Below, piece after piece: positions 10,816-21,430 of a stretch of DNA of 64,000 nt. The notes under the pieces are model-generated. The model did not search any database. It saw nothing but the letters and a program-made list of their open reading frames with translations, and had not been told where the DNA came from. Position 1 is the first letter of the stretch. Each line of letters begins with the position of its first letter. The stretch comes from Candidatus Humimicrobiaceae bacterium (GTDB lineage Bacteria; Patescibacteriota; Minisyncoccia; Minisyncoccales; DG-74-1): the NCBI GenBank assembly GCA_035530555.1, contig DATKUR010000006.1:31673-95672 (forward strand), read 5' to 3'. Both the position numbers and the translations under genes were made by a program.

Positions 10816-12181
10816 AAACCAAATTAAGACAAAGGTCAGATATTGTTCCTTTATCTATAAAAGTTTGAAGACAGTTGGCGCGTTGCACTACGGTACTATC
10901 ATAAGATAACAGCCCGGGTGCCCCGAAATATCTTCCGGCAGCCAGCAACTCATTTGAAGCAGCTCCAAGATCACGCAAATAGAGACCGGCTGCCAAAAAC
11001 GAGTCGCGTACACTCCAAGGATCTGCTGGCGACCTCCCCGTGATTGAAGAAAGCTTATCTTTTATCAGCATCCAGGTAGAGGGAATAAACTGAGCTGGCC
11101 CCATAGCTCCTCCCCATCCATAATTAGGGCCCCTGCCAACGTCAATCCAGCAGGAAACAGGGGTACGGAGAGGATTCCTCCCAAGTCCTTTAGTAATCTG
11201 TAAAAAAGGTGGCAGATCCCGTGTAGGATTAATCCCGCGAGGAAATTGCCTATTGTTTGCAATATTATATGTTGCACCAGAAGTCAAATTTGCAAGATAA
11301 CACTGTCCGACATTTCTTGCCAAGGCTGACTCCTGAGTAATAATTGACAAAAGAAGAGCCGGCCGTACCCCTGTTTGCTGCTGTACCCATTTAGCTATTT
11401 CAAGCGCCTCGCCAAAAGTAGGCATCTCAACTTCGGGAATACCGGCCAGTTGGAATATTCTTGTCCTAATCTCTGCTGCTTTCTGCTCGGTAATTTCTTT
11501 CTGTCCAATGTACTGCTGGTGCTGAACCTCAGTCATGCCCATCAATCTCTCTTGTTGTTTTCTGGCGGCTTCCGATTCCTGTTTTTGATAAGCCAGAGAT
11601 CTGACCGTCTCCTCCAGACTATCTTTTTCTCCACCTAATTTTCCTTTTTGCTCTTCTAGACTAAATTTTAAATCTTTAATATTCCCAAGAAGCTCTTGGC
11701 TTTTTAGGTTGAGGGTTTCTAAAGCCATTAAATTGTCGAAAAAACCAGAAATCGTTTCTTCAGAAAGTAAAACCTCAACTAAGGATTTTCGCTCTTCTTC
11801 ATAAACGGTTCTTAAGGTTCCGGCTAGTTTTCCTCTCAAATCTTCGATTTTTAGGCTAGTAGTTTCAATTGAACCCTCGGTATCTTGAATCTGTAAGCCA
11901 AGGTCCTGAATAAATAAATTACTTCTGCGAATTTCAAGATCCAGTTTATTGATCTTGCTTTTTAAGGCGTTAATTTGCTGCCGCAGACTTTGTATTTCAG
12001 CTTCAGTCCGAGTAATATCTTTTTCGTATTGTTTGATTTTTTCTTCTAGTTCTTTCAATTCTTTTTCCAGCTGCGCTCTTTCCTGCTCAGGGGTCATCTG
12101 CGCAAGTACAAAAAACGATGGCAGAACTACAGCCATCATGAGAGTCAGCAATAAAGCTATTTTTAGAATACGACGGCACAT
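10805..12181 (-). CDS. secreted coiled-coil protein with a C-terminal lytic-transglycosylase-like domain
   Basis: Signal/anchor sequence, about 230 aa of heptad-rich sequence, then IITQESA...GAMGPAQFIPSTW, which resembles MltB/SLT_2 catalytic motifs. Confidence 0.55.
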   Translation of the reverse strand: MCRRILKIALLLTLMMAVVLPSFFVLAQMTPEQERAQLEKELKELEEKIKQYEKDITRTEAEIQSLRQQINALKSKINKLDLEIRRSNLFIQDLGLQIQDTEGSIETTSLKIEDLRGKLAGTLRTVYEEERKSLVEVLLSEETISGFFDNLMALETLNLKSQELLGNIKDLKFSLEEQKGKLGGEKDSLEETVRSLAYQKQESEAARKQQERLMGMTEVQHQQYIGQKEITEQKAAEIRTRIFQLAGIPEVEMPTFGEALEIAKWVQQQTGVRPALLLSIITQESALARNVGQCYLANLTSGATYNIANNRQFPRGINPTRDLPPFLQITKGLGRNPLRTPVSCWIDVGRGPNYGWGGAMGPAQFIPSTWMLIKDKLSSITGRSPADPWSVRDSFLAAGLYLRDLGAASNELLAAGRYFGAPGLLSYDSTVVQRANCLQTFIDKGTISDLCLNLVFIP

Positions 12182-12213
12182 AACCTAAAATCTCTAATTA
12201 TTCTAATTTCTAA

Positions 12214-12849
12214 TTAGGCATTTTCTTCAGGACCTTCTTCCGGTTTCTTCTCTTCTTCCACTCTCTCTTCTATCGGTTTTACTAATTCTTCCTCAACTTT
12301 CTCAAGAGGCGAAAGAAAAGCGACGATTTCTTCGGGATCTTTCAAGACCTTCACACCTTCCGGCAGCTTCAAATCTTTAATTAAGACATGATCTTCAAAG
12401 GTTTTAAGGCTGCCGATATCTGCTTTAATTTCATGAGGGAGATTTTGAGGCAAAGCTTTTACCTCGAGCTCAGAAATGTTTTTAATCAAGGTTCCGCCTA
12501 AATCTTTCATCGCTATTGCTTCTCCTTCAAAAACTATTGGTACGGCCACCTCTACTTCTTCTCCAAGTCGCGGTTGATAAAAATCAACATGAATTAGCTT
12601 TTCTTCTAGAGGATCCCTTTTCAGGTCGTGGATTAAAACCAAAAACTTCTTTCCGTTTACTTCTAAAGAGATCAACGAGCTCTCTCCGGCTGTACTATAA
12701 ACTTTCTCAAAACTTTTATAATCCAATTCTAAAGGTAGGGCTGATTTTATTTCAGGCCCGTACAAAACCGCCGGTAAGATACCTTTCTTCCGAAGAGTTT
12801 TCGTTTTTTTGCCGAGTTCTTTTCTAATTTTGGCTGATAAGGTTAGCAT
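12214..12849 (-). CDS. rplY: 50S ribosomal protein L25/Ctc family
   Basis: N-terminus LSAKIRKELGKKTKTLRKKGILPAVLYG, with an acidic C-terminal tail. Confidence 0.85.
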   Translation of the reverse strand: MLTLSAKIRKELGKKTKTLRKKGILPAVLYGPEIKSALPLELDYKSFEKVYSTAGESSLISLEVNGKKFLVLIHDLKRDPLEEKLIHVDFYQPRLGEEVEVAVPIVFEGEAIAMKDLGGTLIKNISELEVKALPQNLPHEIKADIGSLKTFEDHVLIKDLKLPEGVKVLKDPEEIVAFLSPLEKVEEELVKPIEERVEEEKKPEEGPEENA

Positions 12850-12867
12850 GGCTCTTTTCTTTATTTA

Positions 12868-12899
12868 CCGAACTCCGCGGAGCGGAGCGAGGTGGAAGA
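12868..12899 (-). repeat. 32-nt GC-rich hairpin repeat (family also at 55728-55759 and 55779-55810)
   Basis: The minus-sense sequence is CTTCCACCTCGCTCCGCTCCGCGGAGTTCGG followed by TAAAT, lying in the rplY 5' region. Confidence 0.7.
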
Positions 12900-12911
12900 T
12901 GAGACACAGTC

Positions 12912-13340
12912 TCAACGACCAATTGTGAATTCGTTGGAATAAAATCTCTCGTTCTCTTCAAACTTTTCGCCGACCTGGCAATTAACACAGGAAGGAACAG
13001 CAATTCGATGAAGTCCAGAATCTGTTGCAGAGATAATAAGCTCTAAACTCTTGGTCTGATTTGACTCAATGCACATTTCTACCAAGTCCGGCTCTTTACA
13101 TTCTTCGTAAAGATAACTCTTCCATTCCCCGTTGTTTTTTTCCAAATAATAAGGATAACAACTAGAAATACAAAAATTACTGGCTAGATTATTTCTGATA
13201 GTCATCGTCGGCGCTTCCCCTAAGCCGTATTCTGTTTTTTCTGTAGTAACTATGACTTCTTGAGGAGCTTTTAACAAAAAACCTAAAACTAAAACTAAAA
13301 GAAGCGCCACCAGAATACCAATAAGAAGTTTTTTGTTCAT
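12912..13340 (-). CDS. hypothetical membrane-anchored, Cys-containing extracytoplasmic protein
   Basis: 142-aa ORF with an N-terminal TM segment (LLIGILVALLLVLVLGFLL). No recognised motif. Confidence 0.4.
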   Translation of the reverse strand: MNKKLLIGILVALLLVLVLGFLLKAPQEVIVTTEKTEYGLGEAPTMTIRNNLASNFCISSCYPYYLEKNNGEWKSYLYEECKEPDLVEMCIESNQTKSLELIISATDSGLHRIAVPSCVNCQVGEKFEENERFYSNEFTIGR

Positions 13341-13399
13341 TCCGTTAGAAGCCTGTCCTTATATTACTAATTTCAGATAGACAACTTATTTGGGTTTTT

Positions 13400-13478
13400 C
13401 CAGGTAGTAGAAGTTTGACAAGTGTTTTGCTTCGCAAAACGCTAATTTGCCACCGGCAGTCAAACTTTCACTACCTGG
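13400..13478. repeat. long imperfect inverted repeat (20-nt arms) enclosing a small hairpin
   Basis: The arms are ccaggtagtagaagtttgac (13400-13419) and gtcaaactttcactacctgg (13459-13478), with 2 mismatches. The inner hairpin is gttttgc-ttc-gcaaaac. The right arm overlaps the fbp stop codon. Confidence 0.6.
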
Positions 13479-14577
13479 TTTTAATAATAAATTTCTTCTC
13501 CAGTTCTTTTAGCGTTGTCATAACTCCGGTATATTCCAATTCAGACATAGGCAGCATAGCTGCTCCATAAAATCCCTGTCGTCGTATCTCTTCTGCTTTT
13601 CGGGAAACAGAATGTCTGACATAGTCCCAATAAGGATGGTCAAAGGTGTCAGCCGGCTCAGTTAATTTACCATTTTTTACTGAAAACCCTAAACAACTCA
13701 CTACCGGAGGTCCGTCAAAAAAGGAAATGGACGAATTCTTTTTAACCGGCATCAAAGGGCCGACATGAGAACCGCGCATAAATCCTGCCACATAAGGACC
13801 TATGGTATAGGGAGATAGGACTTCGCCAGTTGCCGGAAAATATTTCTGCACTCTGACCAGAGCTACCGGATCATCTTTGCCAACGTATTTTCCAGCTATA
13901 TTGTGAAGCCGGGTGGTGCTGACCGATGCTGCTTGCTCTTTTGAAGCTCTTGACCAGATTGATTCCACCACGAATCTCCCAGGTTCTCGTAGCAGAACGG
14001 CAATATCGTAAATGTTTTCAGGAGTGTAAAGTTCAATAAATCTGTCCGCTTTAGTATAAGACACGTCCATTATAATAAATTTGAATCCTTTTTTGATATC
14101 CGGAGAAAGTAAAAGACCCGCGTTATGCATGGGATCGGCAAAAGTTAAATACATAGGAAGGTTGTAGGCGCCGGGCTCGGTTTTATCTGCGGCAAACATC
14201 AGAAAGGGCTCGGCCGGCCTTTCCTCAATTTCAAGTTCAGCTACAGCCGGACCCATACCCTTGACATTGCCCGTAAACCCTTCTTTGAGCAAATCCTGAC
14301 CAGCACCGTAAAGCCCTTGTGCCTTGGCCGTCTTGGTGCCAGCCACAAAAGCATCCCAGCAGAGCTTGTGAACTTTACTATCTAAGGCACCTCTTTTGTG
14401 CGTACTCAGAATAGCGATATCGTCCCCGGTATGTCCAATATAATAATCAATTAATAATCCTCTGCCTTTTTCTTTAATATAATTTTCGACTGACTGCAAT
14501 AACTTTTGGCTGGGTTTTATATGCCCGCCAATACTCCCAATATCTGCTTTAATAATAGATAAGGTAATTTTCGCCAT
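13471..14577 (-). CDS. fbp: bifunctional fructose-1,6-bisphosphate aldolase/phosphatase (class V, archaeal type)
   Basis: The N-terminus ITLSIIKADIGSIGGH...YYIGHTGDDIAILSTH matches the FBP aldolase/phosphatase family signature, and the 368-aa length fits. Confidence 0.85.
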   Translation of the reverse strand: MAKITLSIIKADIGSIGGHIKPSQKLLQSVENYIKEKGRGLLIDYYIGHTGDDIAILSTHKRGALDSKVHKLCWDAFVAGTKTAKAQGLYGAGQDLLKEGFTGNVKGMGPAVAELEIEERPAEPFLMFAADKTEPGAYNLPMYLTFADPMHNAGLLLSPDIKKGFKFIIMDVSYTKADRFIELYTPENIYDIAVLLREPGRFVVESIWSRASKEQAASVSTTRLHNIAGKYVGKDDPVALVRVQKYFPATGEVLSPYTIGPYVAGFMRGSHVGPLMPVKKNSSISFFDGPPVVSCLGFSVKNGKLTEPADTFDHPYWDYVRHSVSRKAEEIRRQGFYGAAMLPMSELEYTGVMTTLKELEKKFIIKTR

Positions 14578-14648
14578 ATTTTTATTATCTTTTATTATTT
14601 TTAAAATTAATTTTTATTTGACCTTTTCTTGTATGTTATAATTATATC

Positions 14649-17027
14649 TTATTTCTTAATTTTGGCCAAGGTTAAAATGGTTTTAATGACTGTGTCGGGA
14701 TTCAAGGAGATTGATTCAATTCCTTCTTTCATTAAAAATTTAGCAAATTCCGGAAAATCACTCGGTCCCTGGCCGCAGATTCCGCAATATTTTTTCTTTT
14801 GGTTACAAAGTTCAATTACCTTTTTTATCATCTCTTTTACCGCTTCGTTTCTTTCATCGCCAATTTTGGAAACCTGAGCCGAATCCCTGTCTAATCCCAA
14901 GACTAATTGAGTAAGGTCGTTTGATCCGATGGACATTCCGTCGAATATCTTTAAAAATTCTTCGGCCAGAATGACATTGGAAGGAATTTCACACATTACA
15001 ATAACCTTCAAGCCGTCGTTCCCCTTTTTTAATCCGTTTTTTGCCATCAATTCCAAGACCTTTTTCCCTTCTTCCACCGTCCGGCAAAACGGCACCATCG
15101 CCCAGATGTTTTTTAAACCGAAAACTTCTCTGGCTCTTTTTATCGCCCGGCATTCCATCTCAAAAGCCGACTTAAACTTTTCATCGTAATAACGGGAAGC
15201 GCCCCGCCAACCAAGCATTGGGTTAGATTCTTCTGGTTCAAAGGGTTCCCCGCCCACCAAAGATTTATATTCGTTGGTTTTAAAATCGGAAAATCTGACA
15301 ATCACTGGTTTTGGATAGAAAGCAGCGGCTATTTGGGAAACTCCCCCAGCCAGCTCGTCAACAAAATACTGCGTTTTGTCTTTGTATCCGAAAGTAATTT
15401 TATCTATTTTTGATTTTAAGCTCCGATCTTTGATTTTATGATAATGATAAAGGGCCAATGGATGCACTTTGATTTTCTCTGCAAAAATAAACTCAATTCT
15501 TGCAAGTCCCACTCCTGAGTTTGGTAAAAAAGAGGTCTTGAAAGCAATATCGGGAGCGCCAATGTTTATCATTATCTTTGTTTTAAGTTTAGGTACTTTT
15601 TTCAAATCATATCTTTTTATCGTATAAGGAACTTTCCCCAAGAACACTTTTCCATCTAATCCACTAGTGCAATCAACTGTAACAATCTGGCCGCTTTTAA
15701 GAACCTTTGTGCCGTTCATTGTTCCGACTATCGCCGGAATCCCCAATTCCCTGCTGACAATTGCCGCGTGGCAAACCTTTGAACCCTCATCAGTCACAAT
15801 AGCCGAAGCTATTCTTATTACCGGCACCCAGTCAGGATCCGTCATTTTTGCCACCAAAACTTCGCCTTTCTGGAATTGGGAAATTTTGGAGATATCGGTA
15901 ATAACCCTTACACGGCCCATACCAATTTTATTCCCGATAGCGATTCCTTTAATAATCGGTTTTGCTTTTTTGGTTTTTAGTTTGTATTCTTCAAAAACCG
16001 CCTTTTTCTGCATGGCGTGAACGGTTTCGGGCCTTGATTGGACAATATAAAGTTTTCCCGTAATCCCGTCTTTTGCCCATTCAATATCCTGCGGGCTTTT
16101 GTAATGATCTTCAATGGCGCAAGCCCAGCGCGCCAGAGTTAAAACTTCTTTTTCTTTCAAAGAAAGAATTTCTTGCTCACCGGAAGAAACCCCGACTTCT
16201 TTCAACCCTCCGTCTTTGCTATAAATATATTTTTTGTCTTTCCTGCCGCAATTCTTAGTAATCATTGATTTATATCCTTGCTTTAATGTCGGCTTGAAAA
16301 CATAAAATTCATCGGGCGTAATCCTGCCCTTTACTATCATTTCGCCCACTCCATAAATTGAGTTAATTACAACCAAATCCCTGAAACCGCTTTCCGTGTC
16401 CATGGTGAACATCACTCCTGAAGAAGCTAAATCCGACCTTATCATTTTTTGTACTCCCACAGAAAGCGCAACGTCAAAATGATTAAACCCTTTTTCTTCG
16501 CGGTAAACTATCGCCCTATCGTTAAACAAAGAAGCCATGCATTTTTTAACCGCCTTTAATAAATCTTTTTCTCCTCTTATATTCAAAAAAGTCTCGTGCT
16601 GGCCGGCAAAACTGGCTCCCGGCAGATCTTCGGCAGTAGCCGAAGATCTCGTGGCAACGTCGCAGTTTTTACCGTATTTTCTTTCCAATTCTTTATAGTG
16701 GTTTAGTATTTCCTTTTTTAAATCTTCAGGGATTTTAGCGTTTAAGATAAGATTCCTGCATTTTCTGCCGACTTCCTGAAGTTTTTTGATGTTTCTCGTG
16801 TTTAGCCCCACGAATAAGTTTCTTAATTTTTTATCAAGATTATTTTCTTTTAAATAATGCCAGTAAGCGGCGGAGGTTAAAGCAAAACCGTCTGGAACGC
16901 TAATCCCCTTCTTTCCCAATCGGGAAAACATTTCACCCAAAGAAGCATTCTTTCCTCCAACCAAAGATACGTCTTGGCGGGAAATTTCTTTGAACCGAAG
17001 TATGAATTTTTCGGATTTATTACGCAT
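14649..17027 (-). CDS. ppsA: phosphoenolpyruvate synthase (pyruvate, water dikinase)
   Basis: 792-aa ORF with an ATP-grasp N-terminus, a phosphohistidine region (CHAAIVSRELGIPAIVG) and a PEP-utilising C-terminal domain. Confidence 0.9.
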   Translation of the reverse strand: MRNKSEKFILRFKEISRQDVSLVGGKNASLGEMFSRLGKKGISVPDGFALTSAAYWHYLKENNLDKKLRNLFVGLNTRNIKKLQEVGRKCRNLILNAKIPEDLKKEILNHYKELERKYGKNCDVATRSSATAEDLPGASFAGQHETFLNIRGEKDLLKAVKKCMASLFNDRAIVYREEKGFNHFDVALSVGVQKMIRSDLASSGVMFTMDTESGFRDLVVINSIYGVGEMIVKGRITPDEFYVFKPTLKQGYKSMITKNCGRKDKKYIYSKDGGLKEVGVSSGEQEILSLKEKEVLTLARWACAIEDHYKSPQDIEWAKDGITGKLYIVQSRPETVHAMQKKAVFEEYKLKTKKAKPIIKGIAIGNKIGMGRVRVITDISKISQFQKGEVLVAKMTDPDWVPVIRIASAIVTDEGSKVCHAAIVSRELGIPAIVGTMNGTKVLKSGQIVTVDCTSGLDGKVFLGKVPYTIKRYDLKKVPKLKTKIMINIGAPDIAFKTSFLPNSGVGLARIEFIFAEKIKVHPLALYHYHKIKDRSLKSKIDKITFGYKDKTQYFVDELAGGVSQIAAAFYPKPVIVRFSDFKTNEYKSLVGGEPFEPEESNPMLGWRGASRYYDEKFKSAFEMECRAIKRAREVFGLKNIWAMVPFCRTVEEGKKVLELMAKNGLKKGNDGLKVIVMCEIPSNVILAEEFLKIFDGMSIGSNDLTQLVLGLDRDSAQVSKIGDERNEAVKEMIKKVIELCNQKKKYCGICGQGPSDFPEFAKFLMKEGIESISLNPDTVIKTILTLAKIKK

Positions 17028-17066
17028 TATTATTGCTTTAATTTTCTTAATGCCTTCAGGAATAAA

Positions 17067-18965
17067 TTACTCAATAACCTTTTTAATTTTTTCTACGCTT
17101 TCCGGGTTTGCCAAGGTACTTAGATCGCCCAAGTCTTCCCCGGTAAATAATTTCCTTAAAATCCGGCGCATAATTTTGCCGGACCGGGTTTTGGGCAGAT
17201 CTTCAACTAAATAGATTTCTTTTGGCAAAGCGATCGGCCCTATTTCTCTTCTTATTAAAGTGGTAACCTCCTGTTTAATGTTTGGTGAATTAGAAAGAGC
17301 CGCGATCTTTTTCACGACAATAAAAATAACAGGTACTTCTCCTTTCAATTCGTCCGGAATACCAACAGCAGCGCATTCGGTAATTTTTGGATGTAAATTG
17401 GCTGCTTCTTCCAATTCTCCAGTAGATAGTCTGTGACCGGCCATTTTGATTACATCATCCACTCGACCAATAATTCTAATCAAGCCGTTTTCGTCTTTAT
17501 AGGCGGCATCAGAAGTGAAATAAATTTCCTTTCCGTACTGGCTCCAATAAGTTTCTTCATATTTTTCCGGATTTTGATAAACCCCCCTCAGCATTCCCGG
17601 AGAAAAAGGCGATAAAATAACCAAGTTTCCGTCCTTAATATCAACTTTAATACCGGGGAAAGGCAAGCCGGTAAAACTGGGTTTGATAGGCCCGATGCCA
17701 GGCAGAGAACTAATTAAAATTCCTCCTGTTTCTGTTTGCCACCAAGTATCAACAATCGGACATCTTTTTTTGCCTACATTCTCAAAATACCAAAGCCAAG
17801 CAGACTGATCAATCGGTTCTCCTACAGAACCCAAAAGCTGTAAAGTTTCAAAATTATATTTTTCAATTGATTTTGTGCCATATCTTTCAAACATCCTAAT
17901 GGCCGTGGGGGCAGTATAAAAAGTTGTTACTTTATATTTTTCAATAATCTTCGCCCACCTGTCAGACTCGGGCCAATCGGGCGCTCCTTCAAAAACTAAA
18001 GTCGGAGTTTTATTAAGCAAAGGGGAATAAATTGTGTAAGTGTGTCCGGTAATCCAGCCGGCATCAGAAGTACACCAAAAAATATCATCTTCTTTTAAGT
18101 CAAAAATCCATTTACCGGTAATTTTTGCTTGAACGCTATAGCCGCCGCAAGTATGCAGAATTCCTTTTGGCTTGCCGGTACTCCCACTGGTATACAAGAT
18201 AAAAAGAGGATCTTCCGCGTCCATTACTTCCGCCTGACATTCAGCGTTCTCTTTTTCAATAATCTTTTTAAACCATAAATCCCGATCATTATTCCAAGAA
18301 ACCTGGTTGTCTGCTCTTTTAACAACAATAATCTTTTCAATATCAGTCTCTTTAACGGCCTCATCGGCATTTTTCTTCAGATCAACCACTTTTCCTCTTC
18401 TGTAGTAACCGTCAGCCGTTATCAAAATTTTGGCCCCGGTATCTTGAAGCCGTACCTGCAAGGCATGAGGAGAAAAAGCAGAAAAAACAACAGTATGAAC
18501 TGCGCCAATTCTCGCGCAGGCCAACATAGAAATTATTACTTCCGGAATCATAGGCAAATATATTCCTACCTTATCCCCCTTTTTCACACCTAATTTCTTA
18601 AGGGCATTGGCGAATTGAGAGACAAAAGATAAAAGCTCTTGATAAGTAAAAATTCTGGAGGGCTGATCAGTCGGCTCAGGCTCCCAAATTAAAGCCGTCT
18701 TATCTTTTATCTTGTCCCAGCCCTGAGGGCTATTTTCAAAAATATTGGAGGTAATGTTTATTTTTCCGCCCAAAAACCATTTGAAATAAGGAGGGGTATG
18801 TTCAAAAGGCTTTTGCCATTCTTTGAACCAAAAAAGCTCTTTGGCTAATTTCTCCCAAAATTTAACCGGGTCTTTTCCAGCTGTTTGATAAATTTTTCTA
18901 TCCTTTACCCAAGCCTTATTTTTAAACTCTTTGGTTGGATAATATAAATCTTTTTTCTTTATCAT
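17067..18965 (-). CDS. acs: acetyl-CoA synthetase (AMP-forming)
   Basis: 632-aa ORF with the YTSGSTGKPKG AMP-binding motif and a C-terminal SGKIMRR. Confidence 0.9.
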   Translation of the reverse strand: MIKKKDLYYPTKEFKNKAWVKDRKIYQTAGKDPVKFWEKLAKELFWFKEWQKPFEHTPPYFKWFLGGKINITSNIFENSPQGWDKIKDKTALIWEPEPTDQPSRIFTYQELLSFVSQFANALKKLGVKKGDKVGIYLPMIPEVIISMLACARIGAVHTVVFSAFSPHALQVRLQDTGAKILITADGYYRRGKVVDLKKNADEAVKETDIEKIIVVKRADNQVSWNNDRDLWFKKIIEKENAECQAEVMDAEDPLFILYTSGSTGKPKGILHTCGGYSVQAKITGKWIFDLKEDDIFWCTSDAGWITGHTYTIYSPLLNKTPTLVFEGAPDWPESDRWAKIIEKYKVTTFYTAPTAIRMFERYGTKSIEKYNFETLQLLGSVGEPIDQSAWLWYFENVGKKRCPIVDTWWQTETGGILISSLPGIGPIKPSFTGLPFPGIKVDIKDGNLVILSPFSPGMLRGVYQNPEKYEETYWSQYGKEIYFTSDAAYKDENGLIRIIGRVDDVIKMAGHRLSTGELEEAANLHPKITECAAVGIPDELKGEVPVIFIVVKKIAALSNSPNIKQEVTTLIRREIGPIALPKEIYLVEDLPKTRSGKIMRRILRKLFTGEDLGDLSTLANPESVEKIKKVIE

Positions 18966-19075
18966 ATATATAAATTATACAATAATTTCTCCCATCCTTC
19001 CAGCTGTGGAAAACAAAAATGTGCACGTTCTAAGTTGCACATCCTTAAAAAAGGTCGCCGATTGACGGCTTTTTC

Positions 19076-20104
19076 TCATAATTTCTTACCGACGAATTCG
19101 GCAAACTCCGCTAAGCGGCAAGCGTAAGCCCATTCGTTGTCGTACCAGCCAAGAATCTTAACCAAGTTATCCTCCAGCACCTTGGTGTTTTCGGCGTCAA
19201 CAATGGCCGAATAAGAATTACCGATATAATCGGAAGAAACCAAGAGAGCGTCTTCAATCCCCAAAATCCCCTTAAGTTTTGCATTCTGGCTCGCTTTCTT
19301 AAGAGTAAAATTAACTTCCTCCGCCGTGGTTTTTTTCTCCACCTGGCAAACCAAGTCTACAACAGAAACGGTCGGAGTGGGCACCCGTATGGCAATACCG
19401 TCCAATTTTCCCGCAAGCTCGGGCAGAACCCGGCCGAGCGCTTTGGCCGCTCCCGTGCTTGTCGGAATAATATTTAAAGCAGCTGCCCGGGCTCTTCTCA
19501 GGTCTTTATGGGGTAAATCCAAAATTTTCTGGTCGTTGGTATAAGAATGAATCGTCGTCATAAACCCTTTAACGATTTTAAAATTATCGTGCAAAACCTT
19601 AGCTATAGGAGCCAAACAGTTGGTAGTGCAAGAACCCATATCTACAATTTCATCTTTTTTAGCGTCAAACTTCTCTTCGTTCACTCCCAAGATATAAGAA
19701 GCAATTTTTTCCGGATCTTTAGAAGGAGCTGAAATAATAACTTTCTTGGCGCCCGCCTTTAAATGGGCTTCCGCTTTGTCATAATTTGTAAAAGCTCCGG
19801 TACATTCAAGAACAATATCAATGTCCATTTCTTTCCAGGGTAAATTCGCCGGATCTTTTTCTGCCAAGACTTTGACCCTTTTCCCCTTTGAGGTACCGTC
19901 TATTAATAATTCGCTGTCTACGGCCTTAACGGTTTTTCTATAAACTCCGTAAACCGAATCATATTTCAGCAAATGAGCCAAGGTTTCCGGGTCAGTCAAG
20001 TCGTTTATCGCGGCCACTTCTAAATTAGGGTGGTTATCGACTATTCTTCGGAAGGTAGGTCTCCCAATTCTTCCAAACCCGTTGATGGCTATTTTAATCG
20101 GCAT
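19076..20104 (-). CDS. gap: glyceraldehyde-3-phosphate dehydrogenase
   Basis: INGFGRIGR at the N-terminus and the catalytic SCTTNCLAP. Confidence 0.95.
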   Translation of the reverse strand: MPIKIAINGFGRIGRPTFRRIVDNHPNLEVAAINDLTDPETLAHLLKYDSVYGVYRKTVKAVDSELLIDGTSKGKRVKVLAEKDPANLPWKEMDIDIVLECTGAFTNYDKAEAHLKAGAKKVIISAPSKDPEKIASYILGVNEEKFDAKKDEIVDMGSCTTNCLAPIAKVLHDNFKIVKGFMTTIHSYTNDQKILDLPHKDLRRARAAALNIIPTSTGAAKALGRVLPELAGKLDGIAIRVPTPTVSVVDLVCQVEKKTTAEEVNFTLKKASQNAKLKGILGIEDALLVSSDYIGNSYSAIVDAENTKVLEDNLVKILGWYDNEWAYACRLAEFAEFVGKKL

Positions 20105-20108
20105 AGAA

Positions 20109-20369
20109 TTATTCTTTGATGTCTAATAATTGGCAAATTTTTTTCTTATCAAAACCCGCTATCATTTCTCCGTTTATCTCCACTACCGGCACCCCCATCT
20201 GGCCTGATTTTTTTATTATTTCGTCTTTAAGTTTCTCGTCTCGAGAAACATCGACTTCTTCAAATTTAATATTATTTTCCTTCAAAAATTCCTTTAAAGT
20301 ATCGCAATAAGGACACAAAGAAGTACTAAAAACAACTATTCTGCTTTGAGGTTTTTTAGTTTTTTCCAT
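20109..20369 (-). CDS. glutaredoxin-like protein
   Basis: 86-aa ORF with a CPYC active site near the N-terminus. Confidence 0.7.
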   Translation of the reverse strand: MEKTKKPQSRIVVFSTSLCPYCDTLKEFLKENNIKFEEVDVSRDEKLKDEIIKKSGQMGVPVVEINGEMIAGFDKKKICQLLDIKE

Positions 20370-20389
20370 TTAATTGCTATTAAGTTTAA

Positions 20390-21412
20390 CTATTCGCAGC
20401 TTCCCTCACTCGAAGAGCCCGTGTCAAGACCAAAACCCGGAGAAAAGGTCTCTTCTGAAAGAACTTGAGAACATTCAGCAGGCGGCGTGTTAAAGGCTTG
20501 GCAAATTACTTCTTTGAAATTTTCCGGTGTTCTTCCAAAATCTGGGATAACCGTACATTCTATGTTTCCCTCAGGGCAATATTGTTGATCTTGAACAATA
20601 ACTGAATCGTTTATCACTATAGTTGGCGAACCCCCAACCCCGTATTTATCATTCAAATCACCTTGAACATCAAATTTAGGATAAGAGCCGCTTAACCAGG
20701 TACTTTTGTCATTATATAATTCGGTAATCTTGTATGCTTGGTCGGTCTGGGATATACAGGCATCCATTTCATTTTTATCAATATCGGCCTTATCAAGGCA
20801 CCCGGCAAAATCTTCGTCCTTAACAAAACAATTCAAGTAATCATAGTATTTTTCTTTTTGTTCTTTCTGAATGCAATACTGCCTCAAATTTTCATCGATT
20901 TCCTGTTTTTCGTGCATTATATAATTAACAAAATATATTCCCATATCGGCTTCATTCTTTAATAAATCGTAGGCCGGCAGAAACATTTTCTGCGCCTGCA
21001 AACCGTACGGACAATACGACATGACAAAAAGTTTAACATCAGGCTTGTCGCGCTTCGGCACCCCTTCTTGAGCCGAGGGAGCTCCTAAATCAATTCCTTC
21101 CTCGGGGAACAAGAGCTTGCCGTCTTTCGTTACATAAGAAGGGTATTCTTGGTCTTCAATTTTAAGCTGGATTTTATAAATTCCGCTTTCCTCGGTTATG
21201 TTTACCAAAGAAGCTGTCGTCCCTTCTGGTAGCAAGTTCTCATTAATAAAATTAATCGCTTTTTCTCCGGCCTGCTCAGATGAAAGAAATCCCGTTTCCG
21301 GAGACGGAGAAACGGCTTTTTCTTGGTTGACGAAAACTACTGCGCCGGCGATTAAAACTCCGACAATGATAATAGCTACCGCTGTTATATTTTTACCTAA
21401 TTTTTCAATCAT
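20390..21412 (-). CDS. membrane-anchored thioredoxin-fold (DsbA-like) protein with degenerate CPYG motif
   Basis: N-terminal TM segment, then VMSYCPYG and a C-terminal GVGGSPTIVIND, which resemble a DsbA-type fold. Confidence 0.4.
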   Translation of the reverse strand: MIEKLGKNITAVAIIIVGVLIAGAVVFVNQEKAVSPSPETGFLSSEQAGEKAINFINENLLPEGTTASLVNITEESGIYKIQLKIEDQEYPSYVTKDGKLLFPEEGIDLGAPSAQEGVPKRDKPDVKLFVMSYCPYGLQAQKMFLPAYDLLKNEADMGIYFVNYIMHEKQEIDENLRQYCIQKEQKEKYYDYLNCFVKDEDFAGCLDKADIDKNEMDACISQTDQAYKITELYNDKSTWLSGSYPKFDVQGDLNDKYGVGGSPTIVINDSVIVQDQQYCPEGNIECTVIPDFGRTPENFKEVICQAFNTPPAECSQVLSEETFSPGFGLDTGSSSEGSCE

Positions 21413-21430
21413 ATGTTTTATTCTATTATA

